Positions 27,734 through 36,651 of a stretch of DNA of 64,000 nt are shown here, piece by piece (within the stretch, counting starts at the first letter, position 1; each line of letters begins with the position of its first letter). The notes under the pieces are model-generated. The model searched no databases. It saw nothing but the letters and a program-made list of their open reading frames with translations, and was not told the origin of the DNA. A program made the position numbers and the translations under genes. The stretch lies in NCBI GenBank assembly GCA_013821905.1, contig PNJO01000001.1:5989-69988 (forward strand), in the 5' to 3' direction. Source of the stretch: Sphingopyxis sp. Its GTDB lineage: Bacteria; Pseudomonadota; Alphaproteobacteria; Sphingomonadales; Sphingomonadaceae.

Positions 27734-29974
27734 TCATCGCTCGTGACCGCCGCGCCCGCGCGACGGACCGGGGCGTGACGGCTCGGGCGGGCTCTCCGTG
27801 CTGCGCGCGGCCCGCGGCAGGGGCAATGTCCAGGCAAGCGGGAGCGCCTTGCGGTCGATCGGTCGGTCGGCGGTCAGCTTGCCGAGCGCGACCAGGGCGT
27901 TCCGCCCGGTTGGCGAAGCCTCGAGTTTTCCGGCAATGCTCCGCAGGGCCTCGGACTCGCAGTAGAGATATGCGTCGCTACCGATCATGCGCATCGCGAA
28001 CTGCCCCTTGATGATGGCCTTTGCGATCACCCCCACGGCGGCAAGGGGCATATCATTGGCCCCGGGCCATTTGCCCTGTTCGACCAATGTTTCGGCGCGC
28101 GCGATAATCCGGTCGGCGCGGCTCCGGAGCTCGGCGTCGGCTGCGGCCTTCGCCAGCGCTACCTTCTTCTGCTCGCGGCGCTGCGCCTCTTCGCGGACCT
28201 GCCAATCCCGCCGCAGCCCTTCAAGAAGCGTCTGCATGTCGCGCGACGGATAAGCTGCCCAATAGGCATCTCTAAGGCGCATATCGAGACTATAGGGATC
28301 GAGCTTGGGCCGACCTTCGCTCGCGACAAATGGCGATCGGGCGCTTCCTTCAACATGTCGTTTCAACGCCGTGAGCGTTGCCTCCCATTTGCGGGCATGG
28401 ATGCGCTGGATGATAGCTTCGGCTTCGAAGCGATCGATATCGACATGTTGCGACGTGAAGCCCTGCGCAATCGCAAATCCCGTGGCAGTTCGAACGATCG
28501 GAGGAAAGGCGGTCTGGCGGAGACTGCGTGCCGCGGCGGCGATTGCGCGGCGGCGTTCCGGATCGCGCGTCACCGGCGGCCTGTGCAGGACCGGTTGTGC
28601 TTGTGGTTCCGGAAGAGGCTGACGGGCACGCGGTTCCGCATTCTGCAGTCGTTCGGTGAGCGATTGCAGCCGCGTCCTCGCGGCAGCATGCGTGTCGTGC
28701 GTCAATTGCCGCAGCAGGACGGCGCGTCGAACGGCGGTCGCGCGAAGCTCGGCGGCTTTCGATGCCAGATTGGTCCGCGCCCGCGAAGCGTAGCCGGCGA
28801 TCAGGGCGCGCCGATCCTGTTCGGGTTCGGCTGCGATCCGGGTGACCGCACCCCGCAGCCGCTGTAATGTCGCCTGACGCTGCAGCAAGGCGGCGCGCTC
28901 CTGCTGCATCCGCGCAAGGTCTTCCTGTTTGCGCTGCCAATGCTTCTCGCCCGGAGTCGATTTGCCCGAACGCTTCGAGCGGGGTTCGAGACCCCGATCG
29001 GCATCACTGAGCGCGGTAAAGCGCCGGGGGTGGTTTTCCCGCGCCATGGCGGCGTTCAGGATGTCGGCGACCTTGTGACGAAAGGGCTCGATGAAGCTTT
29101 CGTCGTTGAGGTCGCTCGACTTGTCGGTCGCGAAGGCATAGCGGCCCAGCCCGTCGATGACGCACGGCCGCAGGCTGAACATGACGTGGGCATGGAAGTT
29201 GCGCTGGTCGCCGCGCGGATCGGGTGCGTGCAGGACGCCGGCATAGGGAAGATCATGCTCGGCGAAGAGCGCGCACGCGTCGCGCAATATCTGTTCGCGC
29301 CCCGCGGGTGTCAGCTCGTGAGGCAGCGAGAGAACGAGCGACATATAGACATTTGCATTGGCGCGATCATGCGCCTCGAGGTCTTCGAGTGCGGCGAAGA
29401 AGCCGGCGAATTCGTCGGGGTCCTGCGATATGTTGGAAACTAGCCCGTCGACGCCGGGCTCGCGGGCGCTGGCGCGGATGATGTAGCGCAGGTGCCGCAC
29501 CGCCTCGCCAGGCTTGTAAGTCCGCGAGCGATTGGCGCGCCGCTCGCCAAAACCCCGGCTCGTGAACTTGCAATGGAACGATGACAGCCCATCAGCCTTG
29601 GTGGCGCTGCGCTTGCCGAAGTGGAACAGCTTGTCGAACTGCTTGATCTCGCGTTCGCCGATCTGCCCGCCGCCATAGGCACGGGCATAGGTGAGGATCG
29701 TCCGATCGCGCTCGCGGCTCGCTTTCCGGCTTGCGGCGCCGACTTTGCGAAGATGCGCGTCGAGCTTGCGCAGTTCCCGGTCGATCTCGCGAAGGCGTTT
29801 CTTGGTCGCTTTGTGCAGCGCCCGGGCATCGGCGTCGTCGGCCGCTTCCGCTTGTATGGCCAAACGGAGCTCGCCGAGGCGGCGCATCTTGTCGGCGCGT
29901 GCCGCGCTGAGGATCGCGGTCAAGCTCGCCGCATCGGCCTTCCGGCCATCGTGGATCCAGACGTGACGTGTCAT
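27734..29974 (-). CDS. MobA/MobL (MOBQ-like) relaxase with N-terminal extension
   Basis: HLRYIIR (Tyr motif), LSLPHEL, LHAPD..GDQRNFHAHVMF; C-terminal RGRGGHER. Confidence 0.85.
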   Translation of the reverse strand: MTRHVWIHDGRKADAASLTAILSAARADKMRRLGELRLAIQAEAADDADARALHKATKKRLREIDRELRKLDAHLRKVGAASRKASRERDRTILTYARAYGGGQIGEREIKQFDKLFHFGKRSATKADGLSSFHCKFTSRGFGERRANRSRTYKPGEAVRHLRYIIRASAREPGVDGLVSNISQDPDEFAGFFAALEDLEAHDRANANVYMSLVLSLPHELTPAGREQILRDACALFAEHDLPYAGVLHAPDPRGDQRNFHAHVMFSLRPCVIDGLGRYAFATDKSSDLNDESFIEPFRHKVADILNAAMARENHPRRFTALSDADRGLEPRSKRSGKSTPGEKHWQRKQEDLARMQQERAALLQRQATLQRLRGAVTRIAAEPEQDRRALIAGYASRARTNLASKAAELRATAVRRAVLLRQLTHDTHAAARTRLQSLTERLQNAEPRARQPLPEPQAQPVLHRPPVTRDPERRRAIAAAARSLRQTAFPPIVRTATGFAIAQGFTSQHVDIDRFEAEAIIQRIHARKWEATLTALKRHVEGSARSPFVASEGRPKLDPYSLDMRLRDAYWAAYPSRDMQTLLEGLRRDWQVREEAQRREQKKVALAKAAADAELRSRADRIIARAETLVEQGKWPGANDMPLAAVGVIAKAIIKGQFAMRMIGSDAYLYCESEALRSIAGKLEASPTGRNALVALGKLTADRPIDRKALPLAWTLPLPRAARSTESPPEPSRPGPSRGRGGHER

Positions 29975-29991
29975 GATGCCGATACCTTCCT

Positions 29992-30060
29992 GGAGAAAGT
30001 TATGGGCCGCAGCATTCACCTCGCAGGTGAATACGTTATCGCGCGCCCATAACTTTCTCC
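29992..30060. other. Candidate oriT / nested inverted repeat
   Basis: 16-bp perfect arms at 29992-30007 and 30045-30060; inner hairpin 30014-30032 followed by ACGTTATCGCGCGCCC. Confidence 0.55.
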
Positions 30061-30140
30061 TGCCTTTCTGCTCTGTGGTCGCGGGCCAAAGGACCGCGGA
30101 GTACCATTCGGATTTGAGGGAGATGCCCAGCGAGGCCGAC

Positions 30141-30177
30141 AAAAGGAGAGGGCGGTTGCGTGCGCGCAACCGCCCTC
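30141..30177 (-). terminator. Hairpin after parB; also second parS-like core GTTGCGTGCGCGCAAC
   Basis: 13-bp stem 30148-30160/30165-30177, followed by TCCTTTT on the minus strand. Confidence 0.65.
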
Positions 30178-30187
30178 GATGGACCGG

Positions 30188-31132
30188 CTATTTGAAGCCG
30201 ATCTGTTTCAGCGCATGGCCGATCGCGATGATCAGCGGCTTCACCATGACCGAGTCGGCAGTTGGAAGGAGCTTGATCGTCACGCCACTCTTGCTGTGCT
30301 GAAGCGACCCAAACGTGGTTCCGTCGATGACGATCTCGGCGCTGTTGGCGTCTGCTGGCGGAGCGATCACCGCTTCGAGCGCCTTGAACACGGTCGCAGC
30401 GCTCTGAGGTCCATTGGCCGAAAGCGCGTCAATGGTGTCGCTCAACGTGTCGTGGAACTCGGGCATGTTCCAGTCGCGCATGAACGAACTTGCCTGCGCC
30501 GCGCTAATAGCGTGGCGGTCCTTGATGATACCCATCATCGCGGGGGGCAGCCGGGTGATCGCCAGCGTCCGGTTAACCGTGCTCTTATTGAGGCCGAGGG
30601 CCTCGGCGAACGCGGCCTCGGTCGGGTAGGTGCCCGGAATCGCGCGGTCGTAGAAGAGCGCCTTCTCATATTGCGACATATCGGATCGCCCGCGGTTTTC
30701 CGCATCGACGATCTTGATCGCTGCCGCATCGTCGAGATCGCGCAGATCGACCAGGATCTGCATCGGATCGTCATCGCCGCGCGTTTCGTTAATCTGCCGG
30801 ATCGCCGTCAGACGGCAGGCACCGGCGATGATTTCCAGACGGTCGGGCGCGTCGGGCGCGATGCGCGCGATGGCTGGCACCTTTTGCCCGACGGATTTGA
30901 GCGAATCCATCAGGTCGAGAAAACTGCCTGAACCCAGGGCCTGGACATCGCGCGTATTGCCGGGCCAGATATTGCAAAGATCGGGACTGACCGAGAAAGG
31001 GCCGCCTTTGCTAAGTATCTTCCAGCGGGCTCGGGCGCGGGATTTTTCGTCGGCGACCGATGGAACAATGTCTTCGTAATTGACATCCGTCAGGCCGGCT
31101 ATGCTATCTTGTTCACTCATTTGATCCTCCAT
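30188..31132 (-). CDS. parB: ParB/RepB/Spo0J family protein (no adjacent parA)
   Basis: GQKVPAIAR, IIAGACRL, ENRGRSDMSQYE, HTH AFAEALGLNKSTVNRTL. Confidence 0.85.
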   Translation of the reverse strand: MEDQMSEQDSIAGLTDVNYEDIVPSVADEKSRARARWKILSKGGPFSVSPDLCNIWPGNTRDVQALGSGSFLDLMDSLKSVGQKVPAIARIAPDAPDRLEIIAGACRLTAIRQINETRGDDDPMQILVDLRDLDDAAAIKIVDAENRGRSDMSQYEKALFYDRAIPGTYPTEAAFAEALGLNKSTVNRTLAITRLPPAMMGIIKDRHAISAAQASSFMRDWNMPEFHDTLSDTIDALSANGPQSAATVFKALEAVIAPPADANSAEIVIDGTTFGSLQHSKSGVTIKLLPTADSVMVKPLIIAIGHALKQIGFK

Positions 31133-31425
31133 TCAAGGTTGGGGATCAAAGTCATGGACGCCGCGCTCAGACCGATTCGGCGTTGGCGGCCCTCGAGATG
31201 TTGAACACCATACAATATTCAGACCGCCAGCGACCGCAGGCGGCGATATCAGGTCGCGATGGTCAGAGTGATGTGTCTGGCTAATACAGCTGTGATCTAG
31301 CCGTAAGTGGCTGATTAGGAATGGCCCTTTCCTCGGGGAACCTGCGCGGCTCGCGGTTTCATCATTTACTGGTCGCACATGTTGCGGGATCGAAGTGCGG
31401 TGATGCTTTGGACGTTACGCGAGGG

Positions 31426-32913
31426 CTACCCTTCGTCCGGCTCAAGCCAGCGGCCTTGCGACGACCCTCTAGGGATCAGGACGGTCGAGAAGACGCGCGG
31501 GGTTTCCGTCATCGTCACCGCTTCGGTCACGCCCTGATATCGTCCGAGCGGCGTGTTTGCCTCGAAACGAAGGGGGTCGAGAAGCGCGTGGGGACCCTCG
31601 TTGCCCGCGGTGGCCCGGGCGAAATCCTTGTCGAACACACCCAGCGACAGCAACCAGAGCGCCGCCCGGGTCAACGAGACATGAACCTTCCAGGAGCCGC
31701 CGACCGTCGCGCGGCGATGGAGCGCGGCCATCGCCCCTGTGGCGGCCAGCCAGCCGACGAGATAGTCGTTGACGATAACGGTCGGCGGCAGCGCAGCCTT
31801 GTCCGGTGTCCCCTCGATCGACAGCATGCCGGTAACGGCGCCGGCGACCTGGTCGAAGCCCGGCCGATTTGCCCAGGGGCCATGCTCGCCATGCGTGCTG
31901 ATCGAGACATGGACGATTCCGGGGCGGCGGGCGGCCGCCGTTTGGGCATCGAGGCCGATCGACGCGAGATAGCCGGGGCGGCGGTTCGCAAAAAAGATGT
32001 CGGCGCCTTCGAGCAGGCCCGCGAGCGTGGCCGATCCTGCATCGCTGCGCGGATCGAGGCGGATAGAGCGCAGGCCGACATTTGCGGTGCAATAGAGCGC
32101 TTCCTGCTCATATTCGTTCGGACGCCAGACGTTGAGCACGTCCGCGCCGAGCGAAGCGAGCGAGCGGCCGCAACCCGCGCCCGCGATGACATGGCCCATC
32201 CCCAGCGCCCTGATCCCCGACAAAGGCTGTAGTCCCGCAGGTGGCAGAGGCCGAACCGGGGCATCGCCGATCTGCTCGATCGAAATCAACGGCTGGTCGA
32301 GAAGATAGTCGGCCACGGGTTCATCGAAGAATTCCTCGAGCGTGCGGACCTTGCAAAGCACGAGACCTTCGGTCTCGAACATCATCTCGAGCTCGTCGGC
32401 GGTATGGCCCGCGATGGCTTTCGCAATCGACTTGGGATTGTCGGCGCAATCGAGCAACGCCAGCATCCTGGTGCGGAGTTGTGGATAGAGGTTGGCCGGA
32501 AGCACCTCGCGCCCGTCGGACGTGCGATAGAACATCAGGAAATTTCGCACGGTGGCATCCTCGATCTGCGGAGGATGGCCGTTGAGCAGCTCCCAGCGGC
32601 GCTCGGTACTGGGCGCGAGACGGCGCAGGGCATGAGCGAGCTCGATCTCGATATCTTGTCCCGGCCCACCGCGGAGCCGGTGAAGCGCGGCTGCGACGAT
32701 CGATTGCTGCACAAGCCCCAGCGCCGCGCCGCCGCCGAGCCGGAGCGTGCTGGGCATGAGCGGGTCGGCGCCCGCGAAGGTCACGCGGCCGCCGCTGTCC
32801 ACCGGGCAAAACCCGATTTCGTCCAGCATTGCCGCAAGCGCTTCGTGGATGTCGAACGCCGCATCGGTCGCCGGGGCGGCGACCGCTTGCGCCAGTCTGC
32901 TGCGAAGGTCCAT
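31426..32913 (-). CDS. CoA-transferase family III (CaiB/BaiF)
   Basis: PLSGIRALGMGHVIAG...GADVL...GADIFFANRRPG...GFDQVA. Confidence 0.9.
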   Translation of the reverse strand: MDLRSRLAQAVAAPATDAAFDIHEALAAMLDEIGFCPVDSGGRVTFAGADPLMPSTLRLGGGAALGLVQQSIVAAALHRLRGGPGQDIEIELAHALRRLAPSTERRWELLNGHPPQIEDATVRNFLMFYRTSDGREVLPANLYPQLRTRMLALLDCADNPKSIAKAIAGHTADELEMMFETEGLVLCKVRTLEEFFDEPVADYLLDQPLISIEQIGDAPVRPLPPAGLQPLSGIRALGMGHVIAGAGCGRSLASLGADVLNVWRPNEYEQEALYCTANVGLRSIRLDPRSDAGSATLAGLLEGADIFFANRRPGYLASIGLDAQTAAARRPGIVHVSISTHGEHGPWANRPGFDQVAGAVTGMLSIEGTPDKAALPPTVIVNDYLVGWLAATGAMAALHRRATVGGSWKVHVSLTRAALWLLSLGVFDKDFARATAGNEGPHALLDPLRFEANTPLGRYQGVTEAVTMTETPRVFSTVLIPRGSSQGRWLEPDEG

Positions 32914-32915
32914 GA

Positions 32916-34688
32916 TCAGGCTGCGGTCCGTTGGGCGTGCGCGACGAGAACGGTTCGCGCGCGGGCGAATTCGCCCAGCGCCTTGCCGACCTGGTCGAGG
33001 CCGACATTTCCTGAGCCGCTGACGCCGAAATATCCCTTCAGGATGAACAGGGCCGCTCGGACATTGGGCAGCAGATAGCGCTCGACCGCAACCTCCTCGG
33101 GGAGGCCGAGCAGCGATGCGAGCTCCGCGGTTCCCAGCCGGGTCTGGAGGAAATCCCAGCCTTCTTCGGTTCGCGCCCATAGTCCGAGGCTGGCGTTCGC
33201 GCCCTTGTCGCCGCTTCGCGCATATACAAGGTCGCCGAGGGTCGCCGGTTCGCCGGAGGCGTCGACGCCGGGCATCACATCGTCCGGTGTATCGCCGGGA
33301 ACGGCCGCGGCGACGGGAGGCATTGGCGGTTCGAGAATACGGCCGTCGTCGAGCACCACTTGCTGCGCGAGGTCGGCCTGACGGATCAGTCCGGGCCAAT
33401 AATCGGTTCGCGGCGACGGGGCACCGGCAACGTCGCCGTGAAAACCGGGAATGCCTCCGAGGCCGAAGGAAGTGAATCCCGCAATCACCCGTCCGACATC
33501 GCTGCGTTTTGCCGCCGAGGCGGCAATCCTGATTGCGACCGTCGCCTCTGCCTGCGACGACGGATTGTCCGCCGGTCGGCCGAGCGCGTCGAAATGATAG
33601 TCGTCGAGGGCGAGGCCGCCCGCGATCGACTGCATCTGGCGGCGCAGCCAATCGATTTTTGCATCGACATCGGTTCCGGTCGCATAGCCGAACAGCGTTG
33701 TGGCCCACCCGTTCGGATAGAAACAGCCGACCTTGGTCAACGGCGAAGGGGGCGATCCCTTGGACCCGCTGATCTGCACCCTGTCAGCCGCGACCTGCTC
33801 GAGCCGCACCGTTTCGAGGTGCAGCGTGACATCGGGGTTGAGATAGGTGGTGCCCTGGATTTCGTAGACGAGCTGCGCGGTGACGGTATCGACCGTCACG
33901 GAGCCGCCTTCGTCGACGCGTTTGGTGATCACGCTGCTGCCGTCGGCCGCAATTTCAGCGATCGGAAAGCCGAGCCGGGTCGCCGCATCGATTTCGGTGA
34001 AACCGGCGAAGTTGCCGCCCTGTGCCTGCGGACCGCATTCGATCACATGCCCCGCCGCGAGCGCGCCCGCGAGCGCGTCCCAATCGTCGATCTGCCAGTC
34101 ATGCCACCACGCGGCAGGTCCCATCACCAGCGAGGCATCGGTAACCCGCCCGCAAATAACGATGTCGGCCCCGGCGCCCAGCGCCGCGGCTATCCCCCAG
34201 CACCCCAGATAGGCGTTCGCCGCGACGAGGCGATCCGCGAGATCGCCAAGCGGGGCGTCGGTGTCGAGGTTGCGAAGCTGACCTTCGCCGGCCAGTTGTT
34301 TGACGCGGTCGAAGACATCGTCGCCCACGACATGCGCGACCGACAGCGCGATGCCGCGCTCGCGGCATTCGCGGCGGATGGAATCGGCCAGCCCCGCGGG
34401 ATTGAACGCGCCGGCATTGACGACGACCTTTATTCCGCGGGCGGCGATCTCGGGGAGCAGGGGCGACAATTGCCGGGCAAAGATCGGCACATAATATTGG
34501 CGGAGGCCGCTGTTGGCGCCCGGTTCCGCACCGGCAAAGCCCGCGGCGATGCGCGCCATCGTCATTTCGGCGAGATAATCGCCGACGACGACATCGACCG
34601 GGTCGCCGTTCACGGCATCGGCAAGCGCGCCGGTATAGTCGCCAAGCGCCCCCGAAAAGTTGGCGATGCGAATGGGGCGGTCAACCAT
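32916..34688 (-). CDS. Acyclic terpene utilisation AtuA (DUF1446) family protein
   Basis: IANFSGALGD, DYLAEMTM, GHVIECG, QLVYEIQG..YLNPDV, ARSGDKG. Confidence 0.92.
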   Translation of the reverse strand: MVDRPIRIANFSGALGDYTGALADAVNGDPVDVVVGDYLAEMTMARIAAGFAGAEPGANSGLRQYYVPIFARQLSPLLPEIAARGIKVVVNAGAFNPAGLADSIRRECRERGIALSVAHVVGDDVFDRVKQLAGEGQLRNLDTDAPLGDLADRLVAANAYLGCWGIAAALGAGADIVICGRVTDASLVMGPAAWWHDWQIDDWDALAGALAAGHVIECGPQAQGGNFAGFTEIDAATRLGFPIAEIAADGSSVITKRVDEGGSVTVDTVTAQLVYEIQGTTYLNPDVTLHLETVRLEQVAADRVQISGSKGSPPSPLTKVGCFYPNGWATTLFGYATGTDVDAKIDWLRRQMQSIAGGLALDDYHFDALGRPADNPSSQAEATVAIRIAASAAKRSDVGRVIAGFTSFGLGGIPGFHGDVAGAPSPRTDYWPGLIRQADLAQQVVLDDGRILEPPMPPVAAAVPGDTPDDVMPGVDASGEPATLGDLVYARSGDKGANASLGLWARTEEGWDFLQTRLGTAELASLLGLPEEVAVERYLLPNVRAALFILKGYFGVSGSGNVGLDQVGKALGEFARARTVLVAHAQRTAA

Positions 34689-34723
34689 GATTATTTCCTT
34701 GCGCTGGGTCGGGTTAGTGCGGG

Positions 34724-35506
34724 TCACAATGTCTGCCCGTCGTCGATCATCAGCTCGCTGCCGGTCACCCGCGCCGAGTGATCGGAGGTGAAGAAAAGCA
34801 GCGGCACGTCCATGTCGGTGAGTTCGCCCAGACGCCGGCGCGGAAAGGATTTGAGGAGATATTCGCCCGACGCGGTGTCGAAGAGATCGCCGGTCAGCTC
34901 GGTCTTGAAATAGCCCGGTATGATCGTGTTCACATTGATGCCCTTGCGCGCCCAGTCGCGCGCCATGATCCGGCTCATGTGGAGCACGGCAGCCTTGCTC
35001 GCGCCATAGGCCGCGGTTTGCGCATAGGCCTTGCGCGCCGTCACCGAGCTGACGATCACCACACGCCCGCGGCCGGTTTCGGCGCTGCCGGCCGCAATCA
35101 GGCGCCGGGCTCCTTCGCGAACGGTCAGGAAAACGCCGCGCAAATTGGTGGCAAGCACCGCATCGAAACTATCGACGTCGATGTCGAACGTGGACAATTC
35201 GGTGCCGATGCCGGCGTTGGCGATGATCGTATCGACCGTGCCGAAGACCCGCTCGGCCTCGTCATAGGCGGCGCGTGTCTGATCTTCGTCGGCGACATCC
35301 AGCGCTACGGCATGCGCCTTGCCGCCGTGCGCGGCGATTTCCTCGACTGTCGCCGCAAGGCGGTCGACACGCCGCGCAGCCATCACGACGCGCGCTCCGG
35401 CCGCCGCCAGCAGCCGCGACCAATGCGCACCGAACCCCGAAGATGCGCCGGTGACAAGCGCAACGCGTCCTGAAAGGTCGAAAGATGGCGTCGAGGCTAT
35501 GGTCAT
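34724..35506 (-). CDS. SDR family oxidoreductase
   Basis: TGASSGFG, ANAG, YGASK. Confidence 0.95.
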   Translation of the reverse strand: MTIASTPSFDLSGRVALVTGASSGFGAHWSRLLAAAGARVVMAARRVDRLAATVEEIAAHGGKAHAVALDVADEDQTRAAYDEAERVFGTVDTIIANAGIGTELSTFDIDVDSFDAVLATNLRGVFLTVREGARRLIAAGSAETGRGRVVIVSSVTARKAYAQTAAYGASKAAVLHMSRIMARDWARKGINVNTIIPGYFKTELTGDLFDTASGEYLLKSFPRRRLGELTDMDVPLLFFTSDHSARVTGSELMIDDGQTL

Positions 35507-35563
35507 GATCGAATCGAATCCGGCAACCCGCGTCTCGGTTCGACGCCATGTATTGATATAGAA

Positions 35564-35579
35564 CCTAGTTATATATCTC
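35564..35579. promoter_or_regulatory. Operator copy 1 (CCTAGTTATATATCTC)
   Basis: One mismatch to the AGTTATATAACT palindrome; upstream of the SDR gene. Confidence 0.65.
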
Positions 35580-36530
35580 AATCGGAGATTTTCGGCCTTC
35601 GTTTGCGGGGATCGCAGCAAGCTCGGTCAGATCCGACAGGATTTCATGCTGCTTGCGCGCGGTTTCGAGAAACTGGACGGCGACTTGGCGCTGCTCGGTC
35701 CGCGATGCGTAGACGACGAGTTCGATTTTGAGTTCGACACCATCAAATGGCACCTGCGCCCAGCCGTCGGCGATCATCCTTTCCTGCCGTGTGTGCCGCC
35801 AGCGGAGAACGGGGATGCCGCGAATGCTGGCGAAATGCTCCATTGCCGGCCGATGCGCTTCGGGTGCGAGAACGAGCTTCGCGCCTCGCCGGACGAGCCG
35901 CGTCGAGATTTCGGCGCGGACGAGCTGGTCCTGATGCGACGGTGAATAGACAATTTCTGCATTGTCGAGGTCGGCGGGTTCGATCGCTCGCCGGTCGAAG
36001 AGCGGATGACCGGGCGGGACGAGCAGATGCGCCTCGAGCTGCGCGAGCTTCACCGTGGCGAAGTCGGGCTCGAAGTGGTTGGGAAGTGAGGCCATCATCA
36101 CAACATCGAGCTTGCCGGTGCGGATCCCGGCGAAAAGCTCGGGCCGCGATCCGTAAACCACCTCGGTGTGCGCCGCGGGATATTCGGCATGGAAGAGATC
36201 CATCAACTCCATGCGAAAATGGATCAGGAAATCATAGGTGCCGAGCACGAGCTGGCCGGCCGTCTCCTCGTGCAGATTTTTTGCGGCATATCGCGCCGTG
36301 GTTTCGGCATCGACCATCGCCTGTGCGTAGGGGAGAAAGGCGCGGCCCTGACGCGTCAGCTCGACCGATCGCGAGGTGCGCGCGAAAATCCTGAGGCCGA
36401 GCTGCTCCTCGACCCGGCGAACCCGCTTCGACACGACCGACTGCGCAAGGCCGAGCCGCTCGGCCGACCGCGAGAAGGATCGCGTGTCGGCGACGTCGAG
36501 AAGGCAATGGATATGATCGAGTTCGAGCAT
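35565..36530 (-). CDS. LysR family transcriptional regulator
   Basis: SFSRSAERLGLAQSVVSKRVRRVEEQLG..IFARTSRSVELT. Confidence 0.95.
   Translation of the reverse strand: MLELDHIHCLLDVADTRSFSRSAERLGLAQSVVSKRVRRVEEQLGLRIFARTSRSVELTRQGRAFLPYAQAMVDAETTARYAAKNLHEETAGQLVLGTYDFLIHFRMELMDLFHAEYPAAHTEVVYGSRPELFAGIRTGKLDVVMMASLPNHFEPDFATVKLAQLEAHLLVPPGHPLFDRRAIEPADLDNAEIVYSPSHQDQLVRAEISTRLVRRGAKLVLAPEAHRPAMEHFASIRGIPVLRWRHTRQERMIADGWAQVPFDGVELKIELVVYASRTEQRQVAVQFLETARKQHEILSDLTELAAIPANEGRKSPIEIYN
35575..35589. promoter_or_regulatory. LysR-type box ATC-N9-GAT
   Basis: ATCTCAATCGGAGAT; TATCTCAATCGG (35574-35585) recurs at 36554-36565. Confidence 0.55.
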
Positions 36531-36554
36531 TTCACCTCGCTTACTAGGTAAGCT

Positions 36555-36569
36555 ATCTCAATCGGGAAT
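36555..36569. promoter_or_regulatory. LysR-type box T-N11-A in the divergent promoter
   Basis: ATCTCAATCGGGAAT between lysR and the CoA ligase. Confidence 0.55.
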
Positions 36570-36651
36570 AGATGTCTCCTCTTTTTGTGCATGATCGATC
36601 GGAGGGCGGTGGTCAGTCTGGCTCGAGAAGAAAAACGGGAGAGGCTGGCGC

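Larger units (their letters stand above)
1..31300. mobile_element. Accessory/defence island with a mobilisation module at its right end; left boundary is outside the window
   Basis: Dense nuclease/NTPase/TA genes in mixed orientation, gene scars, relaxases and ParB; abrupt switch to catabolic operons at ~31.4 kb; no att site or integrase seen. Confidence 0.7.

Noticed and set aside
31133..31425. att site or tRNA remnant at the island's right edge
   Set aside because: No tRNA-like sequence or matching direct repeat found in the window
32914..33708. N-terminal extension giving a 760-aa CoA transferase
   Set aside because: Overlaps the AtuA-like gene in another frame and reads as non-protein; ATG 32913 preferred
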